Source: an uncultured Gemmatimonadaceae bacterium (lineage in GTDB: Bacteria > Gemmatimonadota > Gemmatimonadetes > Gemmatimonadales > GWC2-71-9). Taken from it: a stretch of DNA of 64,000 bases. Below the pieces are notes generated by a model, which was not told the origin of the DNA, made no database searches, and was given only the letters and a program-made list of their open reading frames with translations. The stretch spans positions 576,305 to 640,304 of the forward strand of contig CAZQWQ010000072.1 of assembly GCA_964596925.1 (NCBI GenBank), given 5' to 3'. Positions within the stretch are counted from its first letter, which is position 1. Every line of letters begins with the position of its first letter. Positions 46,596 through 57,500 of this stretch are shown in pieces. The position numbers and the translations under genes are program-made.

Positions 46596-47164
46596 ACCCG
46601 TCGTCCCCCGACTACGGGACCCCCAACCGCAACGCACCCCGCGAGCTGTCGCAGTTCGCTTTCCTCATCGGTACGTGGCGGTGCGAATCGAGCGTCAAGG
46701 GACCGGACGGCGAGTTCCACACCTATCCGGCCACATGGGTCGCGCGCTACATCCTCGATGGCTACGTGATCGCGGACGAATTCCGCCAGCTCGGGCCGGC
46801 CGGCGAGGTGGCGCAGCTCGGCCAAAACTACCGCTGCTTCAACGCTGACAGGAAAGCCTGGATCATCCAATGGCTCGATGCCCTGGACGGCACCTGGCTC
46901 GAGCTCGGGCCGGAAGACCTGGGTGGGGTAGTGGTGCGCGGGGGGACCATCACGTACAAACATCGCCGGCCGCGCGGGCGCGTCGGCAGGCTATACCCGC
47001 TGAACAGCCTGTTTCGCCTCACCTACGAGGGAATCTCCGAAAACCATTTCACCTGGCGGGCCGAGCTGTCGACCGACGGCGGGGAGTCGTGGGCGGAGGT
47101 GCAAGTGATCGAAGCGCATCGCGTCACGCACCGGCCGCCGGGACCACCGCCAGCACCATGCTGA
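46592..47164 (+). CDS. hypothetical protein (DUF1579/lipocalin-like pattern)
   Basis: ATGA overlap with the upstream stop. 'FAFLIGTWRCESSVKGPDGEFHTYPATWVARYILDGYVIADEF' is present. Confidence 0.6.
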   Translation: MNPSSPDYGTPNRNAPRELSQFAFLIGTWRCESSVKGPDGEFHTYPATWVARYILDGYVIADEFRQLGPAGEVAQLGQNYRCFNADRKAWIIQWLDALDGTWLELGPEDLGGVVVRGGTITYKHRRPRGRVGRLYPLNSLFRLTYEGISENHFTWRAELSTDGGESWAEVQVIEAHRVTHRPPGPPPAPC

Positions 47165-47567
47165 CGCTGGCGACGACCTGGCGCTGAGTCCGGACGGTGA
47201 CGTCCGCGAAATTCAAGTGACGCTTGCGCCGGACAACCGCGTCGAGCACGATCTGCGGGTCCTCGATCTCTACCGGCGCACGGAACTCCGCCGACGTTTT
47301 CACGAGGCGTGGTCGGCCACGCTGTCCATCGGCCCAGGCCCACAGGGCGACGAGCTGACCTGCCGCTTCGATGATGAGCGTGCCAGGGAAGATTGGGTCT
47401 CCCGGGAAGTGCTGGGCGTACACCCAATGTTCCGATCCGAGATCGACCTCTCCGGTGATCGTGGCCCCTTCGAGGGCGGTGACCCGGGCGATCTGCCGCA
47501 TCTGCTGCACGGGGAGATACGTGGCGTCGATGTCGATCAGGCTGGACTGTCCGGCCGGTGCCGCCAT
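47124..47567 (-). CDS. FabA/FabZ-family beta-hydroxyacyl-ACP dehydratase-like hotdog protein
   Basis: 'HFPGDPIFPGTLIIEAAGQL' is the dehydratase active-site motif. The ATG at 47567 is preceded by AAGGA; the track start at 47600 is a TTG. The 3' end overlaps the convergent gene by 41 nt. Confidence 0.75.
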   Translation of the reverse strand: MAAPAGQSSLIDIDATYLPVQQMRQIARVTALEGATITGEVDLGSEHWVYAQHFPGDPIFPGTLIIEAAGQLVALWAWADGQRGRPRLVKTSAEFRAPVEIEDPQIVLDAVVRRKRHLNFADVTVRTQRQVVASVSMVLAVVPAAGA

Positions 47568-47683
47568 GGTCACGTCCTTTCGCGCGGTTCGTTCATTCAA
47601 CGCTCGCGGAAACTAACACCCGAGATACGCCCCGCTACTGCAGTACGCCGCGGCGTGTCCAGCGGTTTGACAACGCCTGCCTG

Positions 47684-47721
47684 AAAACGCGAGCAACCCG
47701 GCCGATTCGACCGGGCTGCTC
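47684..47721 (-). terminator. intrinsic terminator of the 2178-aa repeat-protein gene
   Basis: GAGCAACCCGG / CCGGGCTGCTC stem (1 mismatch) with loop CCGATTCGA. On the minus strand it is followed by 'GCGTTTTCAG'. It is homologous to the hairpin at 54539-54568. Confidence 0.6.
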
Positions 47722-47761
47722 GATGCTGCCTTGCCCAATGCGCGCGAAACGATCTCGCGCC

Positions 47762-50700
47762 CTATGGCGTGATATTGAACGCGTTGCTGATCACGCCTGT
47801 CAGCACCGGGCCGGTCGAGCTGGCCGAGAGCGTAAAGCCGTTCCCCGGGTTGTTGATGCTCAGGCCGGCCAACGTCGCCACGCCGTTCGTGAACGCCGCA
47901 GGTCCGCCACCGGTCAAGATGGTGCCTGGGCCACCGGCATTCGTGCCGATGATGAGCGTCACGCCGCCGCCGTTGATCGTCGTCACCGTGTTGCCGAACG
48001 CGTCCTGCGCGGCGACCTGCACGGCCGGGGTGATGGTCGCGTTCGCCGTCGTATTCGACGGCTGCACGACGAAGCCGAGCTGTATCGCCGCAGCCGGCGT
48101 GATGGTGAACGTGGCGCTCGTGGTACCGGTCACGGTGGACGTGGCCGACAAGGTGTACCCGGTCGCCGATTTGTTGATGCTCAGATCGGCGAATGTGGCC
48201 ACCCCGCTGGCCGCCGCTTGGGTCAGCGTCCCGGAGAGTACCGCAGTCGGGTTGCCGGTTCCCGAAGTGATCAAGACCGTCACGTTCCCCGCGAAGCCGG
48301 TCGCGACGTTCCCCAGCGCGTCAAACGCTGTGACTCTCACGGCCGGCGTAATCGTGAGCCCGGCCACCCGATCGCTCGGCGCCACGGTGAAGACCAGGTG
48401 ATCCGCCGTTCCACCGTTGATGCTGAATGCCTGGCTGATGTCCGTAGCCAGTGCGCCGGAGGAGGCGGTGAGCCGGTACCCAGTGCCGGATTTGTCGATG
48501 CTCAGGGTGCTGAACGTGGCTGCACCAGCGATGGCGGCCACCGTCGCCGTCCCCGACAGCGTCCCGCCGCTCGGATTCGTCGAGATGACCAGGGCCACGT
48601 TCCCCGTGAACGTGTTGTCGATGTTCCCGAAGTTGTCACGCGCCTGCACCACCACCGCGGGCGTGATTTGTGCGCCCGCCGCCGTGGTCACGGGATCGGT
48701 GCTGAAGTCGAGCCGCGTCGCGGCGCCGCCGTTGATGTTGAACGTGCCGCTCGTCGCGCCCGCAAGGCCGGTCGCCGTGGCGGACAGCCGGTATGACAGG
48801 CCTTTCTTGTCGATGCTCAGGTTCGAGAAGGTCGCCACGCCGCTGACCGCTGCCACCGTGACCGTGCCGGAAAGCGTGGCTCCATTGGTCCCCGTGCCTG
48901 CGGTAATCGATACCGTCACGTTGCCGGTGAAGCCGGTCAGCGTGGTCCCCACGGCGTCCTGCGCGGTCAGCACGACCGCGGGACTGATCGACACTCCGGC
49001 CGTGGCCGTGGTCGGCTGCGTAGTGAAGACGAGCCGGCTCGCAGCCGAAGCGGTGATGTCGAACGTACTGCTCGCTACGACAGCAGCGGCAGGTAGAGAG
49101 GCAAACGCCTCGAGCTGGTACCCGGTCCCCGGTTGATCGATACTGAGATTCGAGAACGTTGCGACCCCGTTGACGGCGAACGGATTCGTGGTTCCCGAGA
49201 GGGCACCGGTGTTGCCGTTCAGAATAATCTGCATGAACACCTGGTCCGTGAAGCTCGTGACGGTGTTACCGAGCAGATCCTTTACGGCCACCTCGACTTG
49301 CGGGGTGATCGCCGCCAGGGCCGTCGCGTTGGACGGTTGCACCTTGAACTCGAGGTGGTCTGCCGCGCCCGGAGTGATGCTGAAGAACCCGCTGCTCGCG
49401 TCCGGCAGCCCGGCGCTCGACGCCGTGAGCTTGTAGTTCGTCCCGGTGACGTCGATGTGCACGCCGGGGAACGAGGCGGTCCCCCCGCCGGCGGCCACCG
49501 TCGTCGTCCCGATGAGCGCCGCGCCCGGCGCTCCGGTGCCGGACTTGACGGCCAGCGTGATGTTGCCACCGAAGCCCGCCACCACGTTGCCCGACGCGTC
49601 GCGCGCCTGTACCTGGATGTCGGGCGCGATTGCGGCGCCCGCCACCGCGGTGCTCGGTTGCACGAAGAAGAACAGCGACACGGCCGTCGGGTCACTCACC
49701 AGGAATGCGCTGCTGGCGGGACTCGTGAGGCCGCCCGCGGCGGATGCCGAGAGGGTGTACGAGCCGGCCAGGGCCAGTTTGATGTTCGGGAAGTTCGCGA
49801 CACCCGAGAGCGCGGCCTGCGTCAGGTCGCTCCCCGTGAAGCCGCCCGGCCCGCTGGCCTTGGCGATCGTGACGTTGGCGGCAAACCCGGTCGCGACGTT
49901 GTCGTTGGCGTCGAGCGCGGTGACCCGCACCGCCGGGTTGATCGCCGCCGCCGTGACCACGGCCGTCGGCTCCTGCGTGAACACCAGGTGCGTCGCGAGG
50001 CCCGGCGTGATGTTGAACGCGCTGCTCGTGGCCGACGCGGCCGCGCCGCCGCTCGCCGCCGCGCGAATGGTGTAGCCCGTGCCCACCTTGTTCACGCTGA
50101 GCGTGGGGAACGTGGCCACTCCGATGATCGCCGTCGCGGTAGCGTTGGACAGGACACCCGCCACGGGGTTCCCAGCGTTGTTCACGAATTCCAACGTCAC
50201 GAGACTCACGAAGGTCGGGTCCACGTTGGCGTGGTCGTCTCGCGCCTCGACCGTCACGGTCGGGAAGATCGACGCCCCGGCCACGGCGTTACTGGGCTGC
50301 TGACTGATCACGAAATTGGTCGCGGCGCCGGCGTTGATCGTGAACGCCGTGCTCGTGGCACCCGTCACGCCACCGGCCGTCGTGGAAGCGGCCAGTGTGT
50401 AGCCCGGGCCCTTCTTGTCGATGCTGAGATTTGCGAACGTGGCGACGCCGGCGGTCGCGTTCGGCACCGTCGTCGTCCCGGACAGCGTGCCGGGTGTCGG
50501 GCTTCCGCCATTCGTCCCGATAGCGATCGTCACGTTGCCCGTGAAGGTCGGATCGGTATTGAACAGCGCGTCCTGGGCGCTCACCACGGTGGTCGGGATG
50601 GTAGCCGGCGGTCCGGCCGTCGCCGCGCTCGGCTGCGTCGTGAAGACGAGCTGGGTCGCGGCCCCGGCCGTGATGTTGAACGCCGCGCTCACGAACGCGC

Positions 50701-53700
50701 CAGCGATCACCGGCGACGTGGCCGACAGGGTATAACCGGGCCCGCTCTTGTTGATGCTGAGGTTGGAGAAGGTCGCCAGCCCGGCCGACGCCGTGATGGT
50801 CGTCGTGCCCAAGAGCGTGCCGGGTGTGGGCGTGCCTCCATTCGTCCCGATCGCGACCGAGATGTCATTGGCGAAGGTCGCGACGGTGTTGCCCAGCCCG
50901 TCTTGCGCCGCCACGATGATCGCGGCGATCGAAGTCCCAGCCGTGGTGCTCCCCGGTTGCACCGTGAACGTCAGCATGGACGCCGCGCCAGCCGTGATGT
51001 CGAACGCCGCGCTCGCGAACGCGCCCGCGAGACCGGCGGTCGTCGCCGATAGTGTATAGCCGCTCCCGGCCTTGTTGATGCTCAGGTTGTTGAAGGACGC
51101 GACCCCACCGACCGCCGTCTGCGTGGTGGAGCCGGACAGGACGCCGCCCGGCCCGGCGTCGTTCCCGATCGCCATGTCCACGTTGGCGGCGAAAGTGGTG
51201 ACCGTATTGCCGAACTGATCCTGGCCCGACACCGCGACGGCGGGGGAGATGAATACCCCGGCGACCGTGTTGACCGGCTGCGCGGTGAACACCAGCTGGT
51301 TGAGCGCGGCGTGGGTGATGGTGAAGGCCGCCGAGTTCGCAACGGTCAGCGTACCCGACGTCGCGAGCAACGTATAGCCTACGGCGCTCCGGTTGATGCT
51401 CAACGTCGAGAACGTCGCCACGCCGTTGACCGCGGGGACCGAAGCCGTGCCGGAGAGAATACCGGTTCCGGGGGGCGGGTTCGTCCCGATCGACACCGCG
51501 ATGTTGGTCGTGTAGGCCGTATCGACGTTGTCGAACGCGTCGAGCGCCGACACGGTGACGGACGGCGCGATCGCCGCGCCCGCGACCGCGCTGTTCGGCT
51601 GGGCGCTGAAGGCGAGATGCGTGGCCGCCGCCGGCGTAATGTTGAACGCGGCGCTCGTGATGCCGGTGAGGCCCCCGGCGTTCGCGTCCAGTGTGTACCC
51701 GTCGCCCGAATTGTCGATGCTGAGGTTGGAGAACGTCGCGACGCCCGCGATCGCGGTGACCGTCGTCGTGCCCGAGAGAACCGCCGCGGGTCCCGTGCTC
51801 GGGTCATTCGAGATGGACACCGTGATCCCACCCGTGAAGACCGGGACGACGTTGTTCGAGGCATCGAGCGCGCTCACCACGACCGCCGGCGCGATGAACA
51901 CGCCCGCTACTTCATTCGTGGGTTGCACCGTGAATACCAGGTGCGTCGCCGTGTTCGCGAAGATGTTGAACGTCGCGCTCGTGGCGCCCGAGAGACCGGT
52001 GGCGTTGGCGGTGAGCGTGTAGCCGTTCCCCACCCGGTCGAGGGTCAGATCGCTAAACAAGGCGACCCCGGCCGCCGCCGGCTTGGCAAGGGTGCCGCCC
52101 AGGGTGCCGGGCGTAGGCGTCCCGGCATTGGTCCCGATCGCCACCGTGATTGTGCCGCTGAAGGTGAGGTCGGTGTTGTTCAAGGCGTCCTGCGCGCTGA
52201 CCTGTACGGCCGGCGTGATCGAGGCCGGCGCGGCGGCGGTGTTCACCGGCTGCACCGTGAAGGCGACCTTGGTCGCCGTCCCGGCGATGATGTTGAACGC
52301 CGCGCTCGTTGCCCCCGTCAAGCCGGTAGCCGAGGCCGTCAGCGTGTACCCGATGCCGCTCTTGTTGATGCTGAGGGTCGAGAACGTGGCCACCCCGGCC
52401 ACTGCGTTGACCGATTGCGTGCCGGACAGGATACCGCCCGGTCCGGCGTTGTTGCCGATCGCGACGGTCACGGAGCCCGTGAATCCGGCGGCCGTGTTTC
52501 CTTTGAAGTCCCGCGCCGTCACCACGACGGCCGGCGCGATCGCCACGCCCGCCGTCCGGTTGGAGGGCTGCGCAGTGAAGACCAGCTGGGTCGCCACGTT
52601 GGGCGTGATGTTGAACGACGCACTCGCGAAGGCCCCGACCAGACCGGTGGCCGTGGCGGACAGCGTGTACCCGGTGCCGACACTATCGATGCTCAGGTCG
52701 CTGAACGACACCACACCGGCGACGGCTGGTTTCGTCAGCGTGCCGGAGAGGGTGGCTCCCGCCTTGCCCGTGCCGCCTGTGATTGCCACCGTGACGGCGT
52801 TGGCGAAGCTGGCCGCGTTGTTGTTGAACGCGTCCCGCGCGGTGACCACGACGGCGGGCGTGACACTCGCCCCGGCCGCGGTGGCGACCGGCTGCACCGT
52901 GAAGACGAGCTGCGTCGCCGTCCCGGCGATGATACTGAAAGTTCCGCTCGCGCGGTTCACGGCGTTGGCGGTGGCCGTCAGGGTATAGCCCGCGCTGGCC
53001 TTGTCGATGCTCAGGTTCGAGAACGTCGCCACGCCGGCGATGGCCGCGACCGTCAGGGTCCCCGACAGTGTGCCGCTCGCGGGGTTCGTCCCGATCGACA
53101 TGTCCACGTTGCCCGTGAAGCCGGTGACCGTGTTGCTCCCCGCATCCAGCGCCGTCACCACGACGGCGGGCGCGATCGCCACCCCGGCGGTGGCGTTGGT
53201 CGGCTGCTGGGTGAACACGAGCTGCGCCAGCGGCCCAATGGCCACGTTGAAGGTCGCGCTCGTGGCCGGTGTCAGCACCCCGGACGTCGCCGAGAGCGTG
53301 TAGCCCGTTCCCGGCTTGTTGATGCTCAGGGCCGGGAAGGTCGCGACGCCGGCCACCGCGTTGATTGGCCCGCCGCCGGTCAGTACGCCGCCTCCGGGAT
53401 TCGCACCGATGGCAATTGTGACGGGGCCGACGAAGGCCGGTGTCGGATTGCTCTGGGCATCCTGCGCGCTTACAACGACGGCAGGCGAGATCGGCGAACC
53501 GGCCGAGCCATTACTGGGCTGAACGGTGAATACGAGCTTGGTGGTAGCGCCGGGGTTGATGTTGAAAAGGCTGGTAGTGGCTGGGACTAGGCTGGGGGCG
53601 GTTGCCGTCAGCGTGTAGCCCGTACCCGTCCGATTGATTGAGAGCGTGGAGAAGCTGGCCGTGCCGGAGGCCCCCGCCACCGCCGTCGTGCCCGACAGCG

Positions 53701-54298
53701 TGGCGCCCGCGGCGCCCGTGCCGGGAGTGATCGCGACCGTCACATTGTTCCCGATCCCTGCCGTGTTGCCGAACTGGTCGAGCACGGTGACGACGACGTT
53801 GGAAATAGTGGCTCCGGCCGTCGCGTTGGTCGGCTGGGTGGTGACGGACAACGCGGTCGCTGCGGCAGGGGCCGTGGTGAACCCCGCGCTCGACCCCCCG
53901 GTGAGGCCGGTCGCGGCCGCTGCCAGGGTGTATCCGCCGCTTCTTGTGATGGTGAGGCTGTTGAAGCTGGCGACGCCGGAGACAGCGGCGACGGTTGTCG
54001 TTCCTACGATGGAACCGCCTGTGGGCCCAGTCCCGACGGACAGCGTGACGTTGTCAGTGAAGCAGCTTTGCACATTACCGGAAGCGTCTTGCACCTGCAC
54101 CGTGACGGAGAACGGCACCCCGGCCGTGAGGCTACTCGGCTGCGCCGTGAAGACGAGCGTGCCCACGCACGGGCCGCCGCTGTCCGAATGGCATGTGGCC
54201 ACGAATAGCGTGAGCGCCATCGCGGCGCTTGCCCGCAGCAGCCGGACGGCGAACGGCGCCCGAAGGGCGCGAAGAGAAACCGACAATTCAGTGCGCAT
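47762..54298 (-). CDS. giant repeat protein (2178 aa): lipoprotein-like signal plus about 20 tandem Ig-like modules
   Basis: ATG start. The N-terminus 'LRALRAPFAVRLLRASAAMALTLFVATC' is followed by a recurring ~100-107-aa unit 'L.FT.QP...AG..I.PAV.V.A.DA.GN....F.G.VT.AI.....LSGT.T..AV.GVATFS.LSI.K.G.GYTL.A'. Thr/Ala/Gly/Val-rich. Confidence 0.9.
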   Translation of the reverse strand: MRTELSVSLRALRAPFAVRLLRASAAMALTLFVATCHSDSGGPCVGTLVFTAQPSSLTAGVPFSVTVQVQDASGNVQSCFTDNVTLSVGTGPTGGSIVGTTTVAAVSGVASFNSLTITRSGGYTLAAAATGLTGGSSAGFTTAPAAATALSVTTQPTNATAGATISNVVVTVLDQFGNTAGIGNNVTVAITPGTGAAGATLSGTTAVAGASGTASFSTLSINRTGTGYTLTATAPSLVPATTSLFNINPGATTKLVFTVQPSNGSAGSPISPAVVVSAQDAQSNPTPAFVGPVTIAIGANPGGGVLTGGGPINAVAGVATFPALSINKPGTGYTLSATSGVLTPATSATFNVAIGPLAQLVFTQQPTNATAGVAIAPAVVVTALDAGSNTVTGFTGNVDMSIGTNPASGTLSGTLTVAAIAGVATFSNLSIDKASAGYTLTATANAVNRASGTFSIIAGTATQLVFTVQPVATAAGASVTPAVVVTARDAFNNNAASFANAVTVAITGGTGKAGATLSGTLTKPAVAGVVSFSDLSIDSVGTGYTLSATATGLVGAFASASFNITPNVATQLVFTAQPSNRTAGVAIAPAVVVTARDFKGNTAAGFTGSVTVAIGNNAGPGGILSGTQSVNAVAGVATFSTLSINKSGIGYTLTASATGLTGATSAAFNIIAGTATKVAFTVQPVNTAAAPASITPAVQVSAQDALNNTDLTFSGTITVAIGTNAGTPTPGTLGGTLAKPAAAGVALFSDLTLDRVGNGYTLTANATGLSGATSATFNIFANTATHLVFTVQPTNEVAGVFIAPAVVVSALDASNNVVPVFTGGITVSISNDPSTGPAAVLSGTTTVTAIAGVATFSNLSIDNSGDGYTLDANAGGLTGITSAAFNITPAAATHLAFSAQPNSAVAGAAIAPSVTVSALDAFDNVDTAYTTNIAVSIGTNPPPGTGILSGTASVPAVNGVATFSTLSINRSAVGYTLLATSGTLTVANSAAFTITHAALNQLVFTAQPVNTVAGVFISPAVAVSGQDQFGNTVTTFAANVDMAIGNDAGPGGVLSGSTTQTAVGGVASFNNLSINKAGSGYTLSATTAGLAGAFASAAFDITAGAASMLTFTVQPGSTTAGTSIAAIIVAAQDGLGNTVATFANDISVAIGTNGGTPTPGTLLGTTTITASAGLATFSNLSINKSGPGYTLSATSPVIAGAFVSAAFNITAGAATQLVFTTQPSAATAGPPATIPTTVVSAQDALFNTDPTFTGNVTIAIGTNGGSPTPGTLSGTTTVPNATAGVATFANLSIDKKGPGYTLAASTTAGGVTGATSTAFTINAGAATNFVISQQPSNAVAGASIFPTVTVEARDDHANVDPTFVSLVTLEFVNNAGNPVAGVLSNATATAIIGVATFPTLSVNKVGTGYTIRAAASGGAAASATSSAFNITPGLATHLVFTQEPTAVVTAAAINPAVRVTALDANDNVATGFAANVTIAKASGPGGFTGSDLTQAALSGVANFPNIKLALAGSYTLSASAAGGLTSPASSAFLVSDPTAVSLFFFVQPSTAVAGAAIAPDIQVQARDASGNVVAGFGGNITLAVKSGTGAPGAALIGTTTVAAGGGTASFPGVHIDVTGTNYKLTASSAGLPDASSGFFSITPGAADHLEFKVQPSNATALAAITPQVEVAVKDLLGNTVTSFTDQVFMQIILNGNTGALSGTTNPFAVNGVATFSNLSIDQPGTGYQLEAFASLPAAAVVASSTFDITASAASRLVFTTQPTTATAGVSISPAVVLTAQDAVGTTLTGFTGNVTVSITAGTGTNGATLSGTVTVAAVSGVATFSNLSIDKKGLSYRLSATATGLAGATSGTFNINGGAATRLDFSTDPVTTAAGAQITPAVVVQARDNFGNIDNTFTGNVALVISTNPSGGTLSGTATVAAIAGAATFSTLSIDKSGTGYRLTASSGALATDISQAFSINGGTADHLVFTVAPSDRVAGLTITPAVRVTAFDALGNVATGFAGNVTVLITSGTGNPTAVLSGTLTQAAASGVATFADLSINKSATGYTLSATSTVTGTTSATFTITPAAAIQLGFVVQPSNTTANATITPAVQVAAQDAFGNTVTTINGGGVTLIIGTNAGGPGTILTGGGPAAFTNGVATLAGLSINNPGNGFTLSASSTGPVLTGVISNAFNITP
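47765..54163 (-). repeat. about 20 tandem coding repeats, unit about 300-320 nt
   Basis: Counted from recurrences of 'L(V/A)FT.QP' in the translation. The plus-strand track also shows a ladder of ~100-aa shadow ORFs, each starting 'M(S/L)MLR..NVATP', at the same period. Confidence 0.85.
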
Positions 54299-54532
54299 AC
54301 CGCTCCCCTGGACGTTGGCCTGACAGTGCCGCGCTGCTGCACAAACTACGCCCCACGGGGTCGCTGTCTAGAGTACGGGGCGGAAGTGTGCGCAAACGCT
54401 GCGAAAGCTGGAGAATCCTGCCCGGGAGTGTTGCTCGATAGCCACGTATGCCCCGGGGTCTGACCGACGAAGGACCTACCATCCGTCGCCATTGTCGCCG
54501 GCTGGCAACAGAGACGCTGCAGTCCGACCTCT

Positions 54533-54568
54533 GAAACGCGACAGCCCGACCGATTGGCCGGGCTGTCG
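54533..54568 (-). terminator. hairpin terminator of the 1641-aa repeat-protein gene
   Basis: CGACAGCCCG / CGGGCTGTCG is a perfect 10-bp stem with loop ACCGATTGGC, 27 nt after the stop. The trailing tract 'CGTTTCAG' is weak. Confidence 0.5.
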
Positions 54569-54594
54569 CTGTCTCGAGCAGGTTCCGCGGTGCG

Positions 54595-57500
54595 TCAGTT
54601 GATGTTGAACAGCGCGCTGGTCGCCGCCGTGACGCTGGCGGCCGAGGCGGTCAAGCGGTAGCCGACCCCAGCGTTGTTGATGCTCAGCGGCGTGAACGTG
54701 GCCACGCCGTTCGCGGCCGCAATCGCGGTCGTTCCCGCGAGCGTGCCTCCACTGGGGTTCGTCCCGATCGCCAGCGTCACGATTCCTGTGAAACCGGTCG
54801 CGACGTTGCCAAGCGCATCGAGCGCGGTGACCCGTATCGGTGGAGCGATCGTCGCGTTCGCCGCCGTGTTGCTCGGCTGCACGGTAAAGAGCAGCTGGGT
54901 CGCGGCACCCCCTGTGATGCTGATGGCGTCGCTCGTGTCCGAGGCGAGGCCGGCTGACGCGACGTCCAGCCGATACCCATTGCCGGACCGATCGATGCTC
55001 AGGTTGTTGAACGTCGCGATCCCGGCGACCGCGGCCACCGTGGTGGTGCCGGAGAGCACGCCGCCGGACGGATTCGTCAGCAGCGCCACGGATACGTTAC
55101 CCGTGAACGTCTTCACCGGGTTGCCCAGCACGTCGCGCACCGTCGCCTGGACGGTGGAGGCCGACACGCCGGGGATCAGCGCCCCCGCCGTCGTCGAAGC
55201 CGGTTGCACGGAGAAGGTGACGCGGGTGGGCGCTCCCGCATTGATGGTAAAGGGAGCGCTCACGGCGCCCGACAAGCCGCTGGCCGTGGCCGACAACCGG
55301 AAGCCGCTGCCGCTGTTGTCGATGTGGAGGCTCGCGAAGTTGGCGACGCCGGCCACCGCGGCGACCGTGGTCGTTCCGGAGAGCGTGGACCCGGCCGTGC
55401 CGGTCCCCGCGGTGATCGTCAACGTCACGTTCCCCGTGAAGCTGGTTTCCGTTTGGCCTGAGGAGTTCCGCGCCGTGACCCGCACCGACGGCGCGATGAT
55501 CGCGCCCGCCGTCGCACTGCTCGGTTGCCGTGTGAAAACGAGCTGAGTGACGAGCGACGCGCTGACGTCGAAGGCCGCACTCGTTGCACCCGTCGGACCG
55601 ACGGCCGTGGCCGTCAGCGTGTACCCGACGCCTGGCTGGTCGATGCTCAGGGTCGAGAAGGATGCGATGCCGGCAACCGCGGGCACCGTGGCCGTACCCG
55701 ACAGGATCCCCCCCGACGGATTGGTTGCGATCGCCACCGTTACGCCGCCCGTGAAGCCCGAGGCGGTATTGCCCTGCGCATCCCGCGCTGTCACTTCGAC
55801 GCGCGGCGCGATCACGATCCCCGCCGTCGCGGCGCTCGGTTGCAGCGTGAACGACAACTGCGTCGCCGTGCCGGCGTGGATCGTAAAGAACGCGCTGGTC
55901 GCTCCGGTGAGCCCGGCTGCCGTCGCGGTCAATTTGTAGCCCACCGCGCTCTTGTCGATGCTCAGATTCGCGAAGGTGGCGACCCCACTCACCGCGTTCA
56001 GGGTGGCCGTGCCGCCCAACACTGCCCCCGGCGCGCCTGTCCCGCCCGTGATCGCGACCGTCACCGGCCCGTTGAAGCTGCTCGCCGTTTGGCCCGATGC
56101 GTCTCGGGCCGTCACGACGACTGCGGGCGACAGGGCCGCGCCCGATGTCCCGTTCTGCGGCTGGCCGGTGAAGAACAGCACCGTCCCGACCGACGTGATG
56201 ACATTGAAGGTCGTACTGGTGGCCCCGGTGAGCCCCGCGGCCGTCGCCGTCAGGGTGTAGCCCGTCCCGACGTTGTTGAGGCTCAGGGCTTGGTACGAGG
56301 CGGTCCCGTTCACCGCGGCCAAGGTACGCGTGCCCGACAGGGTGCTGCCGCCGGGGTTGGAGCCGAGGTTCACGGTGATGTTGCCGTTGAAGGCGATGGC
56401 GTTGTTCCCCAGCGCGTCGCGCGCCGTGACCTTCACCGCGGGTGCGATGTTGGCGTTCGTCGTCACGGTGGCCGGTTGCACGCTGAACACGAGTGTCGTG
56501 GCCACGCCCGGAACGATGTCGAACGATGTGCTGCTCGCGCCCAGCAGGCCTGTGGCTGTGGCGGAGAGCGTGTAGCCGATCCCCGACTTATCGATGGTGA
56601 GGGTCGAGAACGTGGCGACTCCAAGCACCGCGGCGACCGTTTTGGTGCCGCCGAGCGTGCCGGCCGCGGGGTTTGTGGCGATCGCGACCGTCACGTTGCC
56701 GATGAAGCCCTTCGCCGTGTTGCCCAGCGCGTCGCGCGCCGTCAGCTGGATCGCCGGCGCGATCGTCACACCCGCCGCCGCCGTACTCGGCTGTACGGTG
56801 TACACGAGCTGGGTCGCGAGGCCGGCGGTGATGTCGAAGGCGGCGCTCGTGGCGCCGGTCAGGACGCCGGACGCGGCGATCAGTGTGTAGCCCGTGCCGC
56901 TCTTGTCGATGGACAAGTCCGAGAACGTGGCCACCCCCAAAACCGCCGTCACCGAGGTGGTGCCTGAGAGGGTGCCGGTTCCGGGATTCGTCCCGATCGT
57001 GACGGCGATGTTCCCGGTGAAGGTCGGCACGGTGTTCCCCTGCGCGTCCTGTGCCGTCACCTGGATCGCCGGCGCGATCGCCGTCCCCGCCACTTCGCTC
57101 GTCGGTTGGATGGTGAATGCGAGCTGGGTCACCGCTCCGGCGGTGATGTTGAAGCTCGCGCTCGTGGCGCCAGCCACACCGGTGCCCGTCGCCGACAGCT
57201 GGTAGGCGGTGCCGCTCAGGTCGATGCTGAGGGTGGAGAACGTCGCTACGCCAAGCGTGGCCGCGACGGTTTTCGTCCCGGACAACGCGGCCCCGGCCGT
57301 ACCGCTCCCCGCGGTGATCGTCAGCGTCACGTTTGCTGTGAAGGCCGTCACCGTGTTGCCGAGCGCATCGCGCGCCGTCACCTGGATGGCCGGGGCGATG
57401 GTCGCCCCCGCGATGGCGGACGTCGGCTGCACAGTGAACACGAGCCGGTCCGCCTGCGCGGCGGTGATGTCGAAAGCGGAGCTCACGGCGCCGGTCGGAC

